The notes beneath the pieces were generated by a model. The model had not been told where the DNA came from and did not search any database. It saw only the letters and a program-made list of their open reading frames with translations. Shown here one piece after another: positions 50,904-61,700 of a DNA stretch of 64,000 nucleotides. The DNA lies in NCBI GenBank assembly GCA_044070495.1, contig JBIPSI010000007.1, positions 32,001-96,000 on the forward strand, written 5' to 3'. How positions within the stretch are numbered: position 1 is the stretch's first letter; the number at the start of each line of letters is the position of its first letter. The position numbers and the translations under genes were made by a program. Source of the DNA: Spirulina sp. (GTDB taxonomy: Bacteria > Cyanobacteriota > Cyanobacteriia > Phormidesmidales > Phormidesmidaceae).

Positions 50904-51353
50904 TTAATCCTCCAGGGGCAAGGACGACGCATCGGCCAAGATCAACGCCAGGGCTTGGTCAACGATCAGTTGCGGGTTGACCCATTGCCCCAGTTCCGCC
51001 GCCCCATAGCGACCCTCAAAGGCTTCTAGGGCCGCCTGCCGCAGGGCCGAACTGTAGGCATCTTCCAGGGTTTCACGCAGTTCCCCCAGGGAGAGGTAGG
51101 TGCCGCCAGCCTTGCGCCGCTGGTTGGTGCGCTGAATTTGCTTGACCGCGTTGAAGATCGAGACCTCCCAGGAACGGGTAGATCGCTGCTCTGCGGCCTG
51201 TTGCATTAAATGCATCAGCAAGATGACACCGAAACTAAAGATCCGGTTGAGCTTGTCATCCTTCCCCATTTCGGCCATTTCCTCCACCAAAAGCAGGGCC
51301 TCGGTGACACGGTTGGCCCGCAGGAGATCCTGAAGTTCTAGCAGTTCTTCCAT
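50904..51353 (-). CDS. DUF29-family protein
   Basis: 'EEMAEMGKDDK', 'LLMHL', 'TRSWEVSI'. Confidence 0.8.
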   Translation of the reverse strand: MEELLELQDLLRANRVTEALLLVEEMAEMGKDDKLNRIFSFGVILLMHLMQQAAEQRSTRSWEVSIFNAVKQIQRTNQRRKAGGTYLSLGELRETLEDAYSSALRQAALEAFEGRYGAAELGQWVNPQLIVDQALALILADASSLPLED

Positions 51354-51724
51354 GACAGGACACCACAGCGGCAGGGTAGTTCTATGCTATATCGAGACGA
51401 CGACTCTGGCCGAACCCCCAGTCTATCCGTAGGGCACTGCCCACCATTCACCTGTAATCGCAGCCAGCCAGCCCTAAGTTTTTCCGCAGCTTCAGAAATG
51501 ACTTTGGCATTCAACAACGTAAAAATACGGTCTAACGCTAGAATGCCTGTCAATTCTGCTTCCTCATCAGGATTAAGGCCAGATATTCTCTGTTTTTCGT
51601 TTAAGCTTTCTAGCCTTTCTTGCAAGGGCTCACTAAATTTAAACAGATATAACCCTCTAACCATCTTCATTTGAATGTCTGCATCAATGAAGGCTGAAGG
51701 CTGAATCATAAGCTGTGCATTCAT
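51338..51724 (-). CDS. Small antitoxin-like hypothetical protein; C-terminus after ISEA probably a read-through extension
   Basis: 'FKFSEPLQERLESL...LNPDEEAEL...RIFTLLNAK'; the extension crosses a REP-like gtagggcactgcccac. Confidence 0.55.
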   Translation of the reverse strand: MNAQLMIQPSAFIDADIQMKMVRGLYLFKFSEPLQERLESLNEKQRISGLNPDEEAELTGILALDRIFTLLNAKVISEAAEKLRAGWLRLQVNGGQCPTDRLGVRPESSSRYSIELPCRCGVLSWKNC

Positions 51725-51768
51725 GGATTCAATCTCCTAGCAATGTACTAATCAAAAATAATCTAAGA

Positions 51769-52101
51769 CTATATGTAACGCTTCATATCCTCAAGTGGCT
51801 CATCGAAATCATCAGACATCGTGATTTTTCCAGCTAGGCTACCGTAGCCATATTTTTTCTCAAGAACTTCTCTCTGTTCAACGCTCATAGATTCTATGGG
51901 GCGATCAAAATGTGCTGGCAGAGGCAACCTGAAAGTTCCTTCAATAAAGACTGGTGGATTATCTTCAGAATCATGCTCTGTTTCCTCTAGATTTTGCTTA
52001 CGGTACTGATGGGCCAAAAACTCCGTATAAATAAATACAGCCTCTTTGACAGAATCGGGTAGGTTCTCAATATTTTTCAAAATTGCTGATTCTATGGTCA
52101 T
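51769..52101 (-). CDS. DUF2281-family (VapB-like) antitoxin
   Basis: 'IENLPDSVKEAV..YTEFL', 'GYGSLAGKITMSDDFDEPLED'. Confidence 0.8.
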   Translation of the reverse strand: MTIESAILKNIENLPDSVKEAVFIYTEFLAHQYRKQNLEETEHDSEDNPPVFIEGTFRLPLPAHFDRPIESMSVEQREVLEKKYGYGSLAGKITMSDDFDEPLEDMKRYI

Positions 52102-52147
52102 CTTTACTTCTCCTCTCGTTTTCATGATGAATGCTATGGATCTTTAC

Positions 52148-52396
52148 TCAAGAAGCTTTTAATTGAGGTTGATAAGCCAACACATCCACAGAAATAGATT
52201 TAATCGGTTGTACGTCACTATGTAGCATGAGTCGAATGTGTTCGGTCGTTTCTCGGCTAAAGCTTTCTTCTCCACAATGAGAACAAACCGTTGCGGGAAT
52301 ACCCTCAACCAAGTAAAACTTGCCATCAATCTGAAAAATCTCAGTGACCAAATCTTCGTGAAATTTCTCTGAGCCACAAACATGACACTTAACCAT
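52148..52396 (-). CDS. YgiT/MqsA-type zinc-finger protein
   Basis: CHVC...VEGIPATVCSHCGE; TAATG coupling to the upstream gene. Confidence 0.88.
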   Translation of the reverse strand: MVKCHVCGSEKFHEDLVTEIFQIDGKFYLVEGIPATVCSHCGEESFSRETTEHIRLMLHSDVQPIKSISVDVLAYQPQLKAS

Positions 52397-52707
52397 TACT
52401 TCCTCCTGATTTTGCAATCAATCCATTCATTTTCGTCAGGCTCATACAGCGTAATTATCTTCGTTAACTCCGATTCTATCGTTGAAACCTGGATGTGTAG
52501 GGCGCGACTATCCTTCGTAAAGCCTAGTAACAGAGAACTGGGCGAATACTTATCCTCTGGATAGTTCTCAATCACAATGATATTTTCACCCGCTTCTCGA
52601 ATTTCTTGTTCACTAATATTTCGTTCAACAGCTCGCTTAAGAGCATGACGAGTAAATTCAAAATATCCCGCTTTCAACTGCCGCTGAATTTCAGAGAGAG
52701 GTTTCAT
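52396..52707 (-). CDS. DUF4258 (RelE/MqsR-like) putative toxin
   Basis: 'FTRHALKRAVERNIS', 'IENYPEDKYSPSSLLLG', 'IITLYEPD..EW'. Confidence 0.88.
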   Translation of the reverse strand: MKPLSEIQRQLKAGYFEFTRHALKRAVERNISEQEIREAGENIIVIENYPEDKYSPSSLLLGFTKDSRALHIQVSTIESELTKIITLYEPDENEWIDCKIRRK

Positions 52708-52734
52708 TTCGTTTTTCCTTACTCTCTCGGGTTC

Positions 52735-52816
52735 GGACTAAAAACATCACCGCAATGCCAGCCTGTATGCCAAACGCATTATTCTTGGTGCCAGAAGTTT
52801 TAGGATGGTTGCTCAC
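52735..52816 (-). pseudogene. Short fragment resembling a type ISP / N6-adenine restriction-modification enzyme
   Basis: 'SNHPKTSGTKNNAFGIQAGIAVMFLVR' resembles the recalled 'NVFGIQTGVAI.FLV' segment. Confidence 0.4.
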
Positions 52817-53505
52817 GGCAGATTGCGTTGATTGAGTGTCCAGTCGTAGGGCAGGTAGCGAACCTCGGCGGTTGCGGGCACTTGGGGGTTGTATTGGGCG
52901 ATGTAGGCGGCGATGGAGGGGGCCGCTGCCAGAAAGTCTTTCTCGTACCACTGGAAGATTTTGCTGCAATAGAGAATCTTCTGGTCGCTATCGTAGCGGA
53001 CTTTTTCGGGGTTGTTGAGGAAGCGCTGGGCGTCGGTATCGAGCTGGGCTTCCACAATTCCGGGCAAGTAGGCTTCGTTGCGTAGGATGGGGCACCCTAG
53101 GGAGGCGCAGACCAGGGCAAAGTGAATGCGCGGATCGCCAAAGGTGGCCCGCAGTTTGCGGTGTTCGATGTGGTTGAGGCTGAGGGGTTGGCCGTTGAGC
53201 CGATAGACGGGGCGGCTGAGAAACGTCAACAGCCCCAGCCAGTTGGGGATGCCCAGAAGTTTGGGCCGAATGGAGGCGATGGGGTAGCGCAGCAGCACCT
53301 CCTGCACCATCAGCGCGTTGTAGAGATTGAGCCAAAAGGCGAGGTGTTCCTCTGGGGTGAGATCGGCCACGACGACGGTGCGCAGTTCTTCCAGCCAGTC
53401 CGTCAGTAGGGCCATGGATTCCTGTCGCCAGCGGCTATAGTCTACCAAGCCCTGGTCGTCAACGTAGGCTTGGAGGAGAAAGTCCCAGGAGGCAAAGGTC
53501 AGCAT
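52813..53505 (-). CDS. DUF547-family protein
   Basis: 'LAFWLNLYNA', 'DPRIHFALVCASLGCP', 'SKIFQWY..DF', 'YDWTLN'. Confidence 0.92.
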   Translation of the reverse strand: MLTFASWDFLLQAYVDDQGLVDYSRWRQESMALLTDWLEELRTVVVADLTPEEHLAFWLNLYNALMVQEVLLRYPIASIRPKLLGIPNWLGLLTFLSRPVYRLNGQPLSLNHIEHRKLRATFGDPRIHFALVCASLGCPILRNEAYLPGIVEAQLDTDAQRFLNNPEKVRYDSDQKILYCSKIFQWYEKDFLAAAPSIAAYIAQYNPQVPATAEVRYLPYDWTLNQRNLP

Positions 53506-53596
53506 AGGGCAGGCTCAGGGCAGGAAGGGGAAAGACCTAGGGCGACCTGGGCCATCGGGGTAGACGGGCAGGCCTCAGGGCGGCGTTGTCGAGGGG

Positions 53597-54625
53597 TTAC
53601 GCATCGGCCAGGATGGGCTGGGCGGAAGGGGTCTCGTGGGCCTTGAACAGGGCGGCCAACTGTCGGCGCATGACGATCCCCGGCTGATCCGAGGGCATGT
53701 GCTGCTCGGTGACCACATCCACGGGGGTATCGTAGTCGGTGGATTCCAGTACGATCTTGTCTTCGTTGACCACCTGGCGATCAAAGGCAATGATGGCCTC
53801 GGCGCTGGCCTCGGCTTCGGTGTCGTTGCGCACACAGAACTGTACCACCTGGGAGGTGCCATCATTGATGGGGGTGGCCGCCGTAAAGATTAGGTGCATG
53901 AGGCCGTTGGGATAGGTGATCTTGAGGGTACGGCTAAAGGGCACATACCAGGTCGATTCCACCTCGCGCAGGGTGAGGCGGTCGGGGATGTTGAGGATTT
54001 GCTGCTGGAGGGGCGGGTTGACCACGGGCACCGTCGCGTAGGCCTTGAGGCCGAGTTCTAGCGGCACCAGTTCTGACCTAACGGGCTTGGGTTGTTCCGT
54101 CACGCCAAAGGATTCGGCATGGACAATGCTGAAGTGGGCGTTGTCGAAGGAGTTTTCCATCACCCGCAGGCCGCTACAGTGCCAGGGTTCGCAGAATTGG
54201 GGAATCATGCGGTTCTGGGGGTCGTCTGCTTCAGGAATTTCCGGCAGGGGCAGCAGCGGATCGTGAGACAGGCAAACCCACACATAGCCGTAGCGTGCTT
54301 GGCACGGAAAGGCGTCTACCCGATAGGATTTTGGAATCGTCGATCCGGCCTCTAGCTGGGGCACGCGGATACAAGCGCCTTCACGATTGTAGGCCCAGCC
54401 GTGGTAGGGGCAGCGCACACCGCCGTTTTCCACCACGCCCATCGACAGCTTGGCGGAACGATGGCAGCAGCGATCCCGCAGGGCAGCGGGTTGTCCGGTT
54501 TCCGTGATCCACAGCACGAGGGATTGCCCCAGCAGCGTAAAGGACTGGGGGCCAGCGGCCAGATCGGCCAGCGGCAGAACCGGATACCAAAACCGTTGTA
54601 GGACAGGATGTTGGGTCGCTAGCAT
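53597..54625 (-). CDS. Rieske non-heme iron oxygenase alpha subunit (VanA-like)
   Basis: Rieske CCHR...CPYHGW; mononuclear iron motif 'ENSFDNAHFSIVH'. Confidence 0.92.
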   Translation of the reverse strand: MLATQHPVLQRFWYPVLPLADLAAGPQSFTLLGQSLVLWITETGQPAALRDRCCHRSAKLSMGVVENGGVRCPYHGWAYNREGACIRVPQLEAGSTIPKSYRVDAFPCQARYGYVWVCLSHDPLLPLPEIPEADDPQNRMIPQFCEPWHCSGLRVMENSFDNAHFSIVHAESFGVTEQPKPVRSELVPLELGLKAYATVPVVNPPLQQQILNIPDRLTLREVESTWYVPFSRTLKITYPNGLMHLIFTAATPINDGTSQVVQFCVRNDTEAEASAEAIIAFDRQVVNEDKIVLESTDYDTPVDVVTEQHMPSDQPGIVMRRQLAALFKAHETPSAQPILADA

Positions 54626-54735
54626 TGACGTCTCTCCAAAAAATGGCCCCGGTGCTTGCCTAGTCTTGTGGCTGGTCTAGCCTGATATCGCCATACTTTA
54701 GGGATAACTGTACCCTAGGGTTATCGTGGCCTCAA

Positions 54736-54805
54736 GGGGACGAGGAAACCTCGCCCCTACGGTTTGCCAGGAGGAGAATCAGGGTTTCTACGGCGGATTG
54801 GTATC
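54736..54805. repeat. Type C REP/MITE-related sequence
   Basis: cgaggaaacctcgcccctacg...ggatt(t)ggtatc shared with 20016-20087. Confidence 0.6.
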
Positions 54806-54854
54806 CGTTCCCGCCGATCTGCGATCCGGCCCGATCCTAAGGCCGCCGCCCGAC

Positions 54855-54951
54855 CCCCGATTGTCCATGAATGCTGTGCCGAATTTGTCCAATGGGTCTA
54901 CCCCGATTGTCCATGAATGCTGTGCCTAATTCGTCGAATGGGTCTACCCCG
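54855..54951 (+). repeat. 46-bp tandem duplication spanning the ABC ATPase start codon
   Basis: ccccgattgtccatgaatgctgtgcc...aatgggtcta at 54855 and 54901. Confidence 0.9.
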
Positions 54952-55662
54952 GTGCCGGTGATTCGGATGGAGGGGATTTCGCGGGTCTACGGCAGCGGCG
55001 AGGCAGTGGTACGGGCCTGCGACCAGGTGAATTTGGCGATTTATCCCGGCGAATATTGCGCCATTATGGGGCAATCGGGTTCTGGCAAATCTACCCTGAT
55101 GAACCTGATTGGCTGTTTAGATCGGCCCACCAGCGGGCGCTACTGGCTCGACGGGCTGGATGTCTCTAAGCTGGGCAAAACGCGGCTTACCCGGATTCGC
55201 AACCGCAAAATTGGCTTTATTTTTCAGCGCTACGAACTGCTGCCCAGCCTCACCGCCCTAGAAAATGTGGTGCTGCCCATGATGTATGCCGGGATGGGAC
55301 GCACCCAGCGGCGTAAACGGGCCATCCAAGCCCTCACCTATATGGGTTTGGCGAATCGCATGGATAAACGCCCCAGCCAGCTTTCTGGGGGGCAACAGCA
55401 GCGGGTGGCCATTGCCAGAGCGATTGTCAACCAGCCCGCCCTGCTGCTGGCCGATGAACCCACCGGGGCCTTGGATTCGGCCTCGGCGGCGGAGGTGCTG
55501 GCCATTTTTGCCCAGCTTCACCAGCGGGGCATCACCATTGTCAACATCACCCATTCCCACGAAGTCGCTCGCCACAGCCAGCGCATCATCACCATGGGCG
55601 ATGGCCGGGTGACGGCGGATCACCTCCACCCCAGCGACCTGCAATCGTTGACGCCCCTGTAA
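54913..55662 (+). CDS. ABC transporter ATP-binding protein (LolD/MacB/DevA-like)
   Basis: [33 protein letters not shown]; in-frame ATG at 54913. Confidence 0.95.
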   Translation: MNAVPNSSNGSTPVPVIRMEGISRVYGSGEAVVRACDQVNLAIYPGEYCAIMGQSGSGKSTLMNLIGCLDRPTSGRYWLDGLDVSKLGKTRLTRIRNRKIGFIFQRYELLPSLTALENVVLPMMYAGMGRTQRRKRAIQALTYMGLANRMDKRPSQLSGGQQQRVAIARAIVNQPALLLADEPTGALDSASAAEVLAIFAQLHQRGITIVNITHSHEVARHSQRIITMGDGRVTADHLHPSDLQSLTPL

Positions 55663-55665
55663 AAG

Positions 55666-55748
55666 AAGTCCCCGATCTCCCTAGGGGGAGCGGGGCTAAA
55701 GGAGGAGGGCCATGGCTAGACGGATGTGGTGAACATCCGCCTATAGCG
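55666..55748. terminator. Two hairpins between convergent genes
   Basis: ccccg(a)tctccc-tag-ggggagcgggg and cggatgt-ggtga-acatccg. Confidence 0.5.
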
Positions 55749-55756
55749 TTTACGAC

Positions 55757-58700
55757 CTACACGTACACCTGCCAACCGGCGGGGGGATCGGGATAGTCGA
55801 TGGTGCTGGCGACGGTGGTGCCGTTCATGGCCCAGGCGAAGGTATCCCCGGTGGTGGGGTTACGCCAGAGCAGATCGGTTTGGTTGTCGCCATTGAGGTC
55901 GGTGGCCCCCCGCAGTTCGTAGGCCGGATCCAGCGCGGGCAGCAGCACACCGTTGGCGATGGTGCCGTTTGGCCCCATTTCCCACACCACCACTGCCGGG
56001 GCAAACTGGTGCTGCCAGACAAAGTCCTCGATGCCATCCCCCGTAAAGTCGGCGGTGGCCACAAGGTCGTAGGCCGGATCCACTGCTGTCAGGTTTGTGT
56101 CGCTGGAGAAGGTGGTACCGTTCATCAACCAGACTAGGTTTTGGCCCGTGGTGGGATTGCGCCACACGATATCGTCAAAGCCATTCTGGTTGATGTCGGT
56201 GAGGGCCGCCATCTCAAAGCTGGGATCCAAGGAGGGCAGCACCACGCCATCCACCAGTTCTCCCGCTTGGAGCGTCCAGATCACGTTAGCCCCCGTGACA
56301 TTGCGCCACAGCACATCCTGGCTGCCATCGTTGTTGAAATCGGTGAAGCCGACAATGCTCCAGGTAGGATCCACCACGGGCAGAAGGATTCCCCCTTGCA
56401 CCGTGGCCCCATCCATCAGCCAGATGCCCATGTCACCGGAGGCGGAGTTCCGCCAGAAGACATCGTTGCGGCCATCGTTGTTGAAGTCTGCCACCGACTG
56501 GATGCTAAAGGCGCTATCTAGGGGGCGCACGGGCAGGCCGTTGGTGAGGTTGCCGGAGGCATCCAAGGTCCAGATCACGTTATCCACGCCGGGTTCAAAC
56601 CGCCAGAAAACATCGGGCAACCCATTCCCCGTAAAGTCCGTAATCGGATAGAGAATCGTGGCGGTTTCGGTGCCGCCGCTAAAGGACTGCCCCTGGTTGT
56701 CAATGGCGGTAACGGTAATGGTGTAGGTACCAAAGGCTTTGTACACCTTGGTGACATCCCCCGGCTGGGTGGCGGTGCTGGTGGTGCCATCGCCCCAATC
56801 CACCTGGAAGGCGACGTATTGGTCATCACCGGGGTCTACGGGGGTACCAATGGTGAGGGTGTAGGGGCTGTTGGCCTTGACGGGGCCAGACCCCGACAGG
56901 GCGATGGTGGGCGGCACGTCGTTGACCGTCACGGTGGTGGTGCCCTGGGCCGTGGCCTGGCCATCGTTGACGGTGACGGTAATCACAAACACCCCATCAT
57001 CGGCGTAGGTGCGGTTAACGGCGGGCAAGCTAAAGTTGCCGCCCCCGTTGTTGACGATTTGGCTGGTGGGGATGGTGGTGGTGGTGCCATTGCCCCAGTT
57101 GACGGTGACCGTGTGGACGGTGGAATCCACATCCACGAAGGTGCCGTTGAGGATGACCGCGCTGCCCTCGTTGATAGTGGTGGTGCTGAGGGTGAGCACC
57201 ACGCTCTCCGGTGCATCGTTGACCCGGGTAAAGGTAACGTTGGCCGGAACTGCTGGCAGGGTGACGGTGCCGTCGGTGAGGGTGAGGGTAAAGCTAGGGG
57301 CTGCCTCATTGCCATCGTGGACAAAGAAGATCAACCCGTCCAGCACATCCTGCTGGCTAAAGGTGGTGATCCCCGGTGCATCGGGTACGCCATCGAGATT
57401 CGTATCGCGGCTAAACTGCCCGCCCGCTAGGCCACCCACCGTATACCGCAACTGGGCCGGGGTGTTGTCGGGATCCACCACCGATAGGTTGGTCGCCGAT
57501 AGCTTCAGGGTGCCCCCCTCGGTCACGGGGAAGGCATTGATCGACAACACCGGCGGATCGTTGGTTGGGGTAAAGATCACGTTGCCTGGGGCTACCGTGG
57601 TGCCTCCACTGCCATCGGCTAGGGAGAGGGTGAAGGCGGCGGGGGTTTCGCTGCCGTTGTGGCGGAAGAAAATCAGCCGATTATCCACATCCAGTTGGCT
57701 AAAGGAGGTGACGTTCGACCCGGTGCCGACATTAAAGAAGACCCCGCCCTGCAACCCAGACACCGTGTAGACCAGTTGGCTGCGATTGGTGGTTTCCTCG
57801 TCGGTGGCATCCAAGTTGGCCGTAGAGAGTTCCAGGTTGCGCCCTTCGGTGATGGGGAAGTTGTTCACCGTGATCTGAGGCAGATCGTTGACGGGGGTAA
57901 AGTTGACCGTAGCGACGCGGGTGGCGGGCCGAGACCCCAGCGGATCGTTGTCGTTGACGGTGAGGGTGTAGGCCGGAGTGAGACCATCATCGCTGGCGGT
58001 GAAGGACACCTGCCCCAGCACCAGTTGGGTGCGGGTAAAGGTATCGCCCGCCGCCAATACGGTGCCATCTACGGTAAAGAAGCCGTTTTGCACCGTATCC
58101 ACCGTGAAGGTCAGCAAGCTCAGGGGCGTATCAATGTCGCTCACCGTGATATCGCTGGTGGACAGCACCACGGTTTGGCCCTCGGCAATGGTGAGCACAT
58201 TGCGGCTAAACACCGGCGCATCGTTCACGCGGTTGTAGGTAATTACCGCTGGCACCTGGCCGGAGGTGCCGCCATTGGGATCCGTGACCTCCAGGGTAAA
58301 GGCGGGCGTGGTTTCAGACCCATCGTGGCGGAAGACAATCTCGTTGCCCGCATTGATCTGGGCCTGGGTGAAGGTAAACACCTCGTCGCCATCGGGGATG
58401 GTGAAGAATCCGCCCCCGGTCACGTTCCGCACCCGGTAGATCAGCCGTGTGGGGTCGGTGGTTTCTTCGTCGGTGGCCCGCAGGTTGGCATCGCTCAGCA
58501 CCAGGGGTTGGCCTTCGGTAATGGTGAACTGGTTCACCGCTAGTACGGGGGCATCGTTGAGGGCGGTAAAGGTTACCGTGGCGGCGACGGTGGTCGCGTC
58601 TCCGTCGGGATCGGTGGCCACGAGATCGAAGGTGGGTGGCGCATTGTTGCCATCATCCACAAAGGTGAGCCGACCGAGGGAGAGATCCACGGCATTAAAG

Positions 58701-61700
58701 GTCGTGGCGGGGGTTAGGGCCGCACCGTTGAAGAAGAAACTGCCGCCCACCACGTTGGTTACGGAGTAGACAATCTGGTCGTCGGGGTGGTCGGGGTCGG
58801 TGGCGTTGATGTTGCTCAAATCCAGGGTCACCGTAGCCCCCTCCGTTACCGTTAGGTTGCTGGCCTGGAAGGTGGGAGGATCGTTGAGGTTCGTGAAGTT
58901 GATGGTGCTAGCACGGGTCACCGTAGCCCCATCCCCATCGGTCACCACCAGGGTATAGGTGGGAGCCTGCTCGCTGCCGCTGTGGACAAACTGCACCCGA
59001 CCATTGGCCACATCATCTTGGCTGAAGCTAGTGATCGCCGTACCGGGGGTAGCTACCCGCTCAAACCGACCATTAGTCACGCTTTGCACCTGGTAGGTCA
59101 GGTCGGCATCCCCCGATTCCTCGTCCTCAGTCAGCAGGTTAGCGATGCCTAGCACAACGGTTTGGCCCTCGTTGAGGGTGAGGGTGTTGACCGAGAACAC
59201 CGGATCATCGTTGACCGGCTCAAAGGTAATGGTGGCGGATCGTTCCGCAAACCCGGTCTCGCTGTCGGTGACGCGCAGGGTATAGGCGGGGGCGGTTTCC
59301 GTGCCATCGTGGACAAACTGGATGGCTGCGGCCTCCACCTGGGCCTGGGTAAAGCTGGTGATAGCGGTTTGGGTGGGGTCGCTGGCGAGGACAAACTTGC
59401 CGCCGGTGACGGTGCCCACGATGCTGTAGGTCAGATCCGCCACGCCGTCTTCCTCATCGCTAGATAGGAGGTTGGCGGTCGTGAGGGTAACGGTGGTGCC
59501 TTCGGTGATGGTAAGGGCGTTCACCGAGAATACCGGATTATCGTTGACGCGGTTAAAGGTAATGGTGGCGTCACTGGGGTCGCTGAGGGCACCTTCGCTA
59601 TCCTGCGCCCGCAGGGTGTAGGTGGGCGGGGTTTCCCCACTGGCCGGATCGTGAACAAACCGCACTTCGCCACTATTCAACTGCACCTGGGTAAAGGTGG
59701 TGATAGCGGTGCCTGGGGCGGTAGTGAGTTCAAAGCGACCATTGGTAACGGCATCCACCACATAGACGAGATCCAGAACGGCGGTTTCCTCATCGCTGGC
59801 CGTGAGGTTGGTGCCAAGGGCATTCAGCACCACCGATCCTTCTTCGGCGATGGTCAGCGTATTGGTGCCAATGGTGGGCCGATCATTCACCCGACTAAAG
59901 TCGATAGTGGCGTTGCTGGGGGCCGTTGTCAGCGGTGCCCCCGACACCGAGCCACCATCCGTCAGGGTGAGGGTATAGGTGGGCGGGGTTTCCGTACCAT
60001 TATGGACAAACTGAATCGCGCCAGCGTTGACCTCCGCCTGGGTAAAGCTGGTAATGGCCGTCCCTGGGGTAGCGACCCGCTCAAACTGTCCTGCGGTCAC
60101 GCCCGTGACCGTATAGGTAACCTGGGCGGGGCTAGATTCTTCGTCGCTGTACTGAAGGTTGGCGCTGCCCAGCACCACCGTTTGCCCCTCGGTGATGGTC
60201 AGGGTATTGCGGGTAATCGCCGGAGGATCGTTGACATCGGTGAAGGTGACGGTGGGGGTGCCCGTTCCCGTCAGATCCTGGGGATCCTTCACGGTCACGG
60301 TGTAGTTGGGCACCACGCTGGTACCGTTTTGCACAAAGCGCACCTGGTTCGCCGTCACCTGGGCCTGGGTAAAGCTGAACACGGCGGTTCCCGGCGTGCT
60401 GGTGAGCTCAAACTGGCCCCCCACCACGCTAGACACCTCAAAGCGGAGTTCCCCAGCCGGGGTTTCTGGATCGCTGGCCCGCAGCACGCCACCAGTGGTG
60501 CCGCCTGTGACGCCATCGCCAAAGATTACCGTGCCGCCCTCGGCAATGGTGAGGGTATTGGCGACGATGGTGGGGGCATCGTTAATCGGCGTGAAGTTCA
60601 CGGTGCCCACCTGGGTGGTGGTGCGCGGAGTGGTGGGGTCGTCGTCGGTGACGGTGATGGTGTAGGTGGGTGGGGTTTCTTCGTCGGCGGGGGGCTGGGT
60701 AAACTGAATATCTCCCAGAATGATGTCCCCTAGGGTAAAGCTCAAGATCGCCGTCCCCGGAGCACTCACCCGCTCGAAGCGCCCCCCGGTCACCGCCGTA
60801 ATATCGAAGCGCAGGTTGGTATCCAGGCTTTCCACATCGGTAGCATTGATGTTAGCGGTGGAAAGCACCAGGGTGCCGCCTTCGGTAAGGTCAAAGCTGT
60901 TGGCCGTAAAGGTCGGCGCATCGTTGACGTTGGTGAAGGTAACGTTGCCGTTGCTGGTCACCACGCCGCCCGTGCTATCGCTAACGCTGAGGGTGTAGCT
61001 GGGGGTTTCTTCGGTGCCGTTGTGGACAAAGCGAATGGTCTGGTCGTCTAGTTGCTGCTGGGTGAAACTGGTGATGGCTACCCCGGCATTGGAGACATCC
61101 TCAAACTGCCCTGCCGTTACGGCGGTGACGGTGTAGACAATCTGGGTTTTGTCGAGGGTTTCCTCGTCGGTGGTCACCAGATCGGGATTGAGGGGATCGG
61201 CATTGAACAGGAACGCCCCCTCTTCTTCGATGATCAGCCGATTGCGCTGCACCACGGGCAGATCGTTCACCGAGGTAAAGGTCACCTCGGCGTTCCTAAA
61301 GGTGTTGCCGCCGTCGCTGTCGAGTACCTGAATGGCGTAGGTTGGGCGGGTTTCGGTGCCATTGTGCACAAACCGCACCCGTTGGTTAATGATGTCCTCG
61401 CGGGTGAAGCGGCTGGTCTTCACAAACACGCCGCTGCCGTCCTTAAGCTGGAACTCGCCCCCGGCAAAGGTATCGTTTTCCACAAACACGCTGGCCGCAA
61501 TCTGCCCCACCACAAAGGTGAGGGTGTTGTCGTTGTCTTCAACGTCGCTGGCGTTGATGTCGGTGGTGGTAATCAGCCGGGTTTGGCCCTCGGTGATGGT
61601 GAGGCGATTGTTAATCAGGTTCGGCGCATCGTTGAGGTTGGTAAAGACAATATTGGCCTCGCTTTCCACCTCGTTCACCCCATCGCTGACGGTGAGGGTG

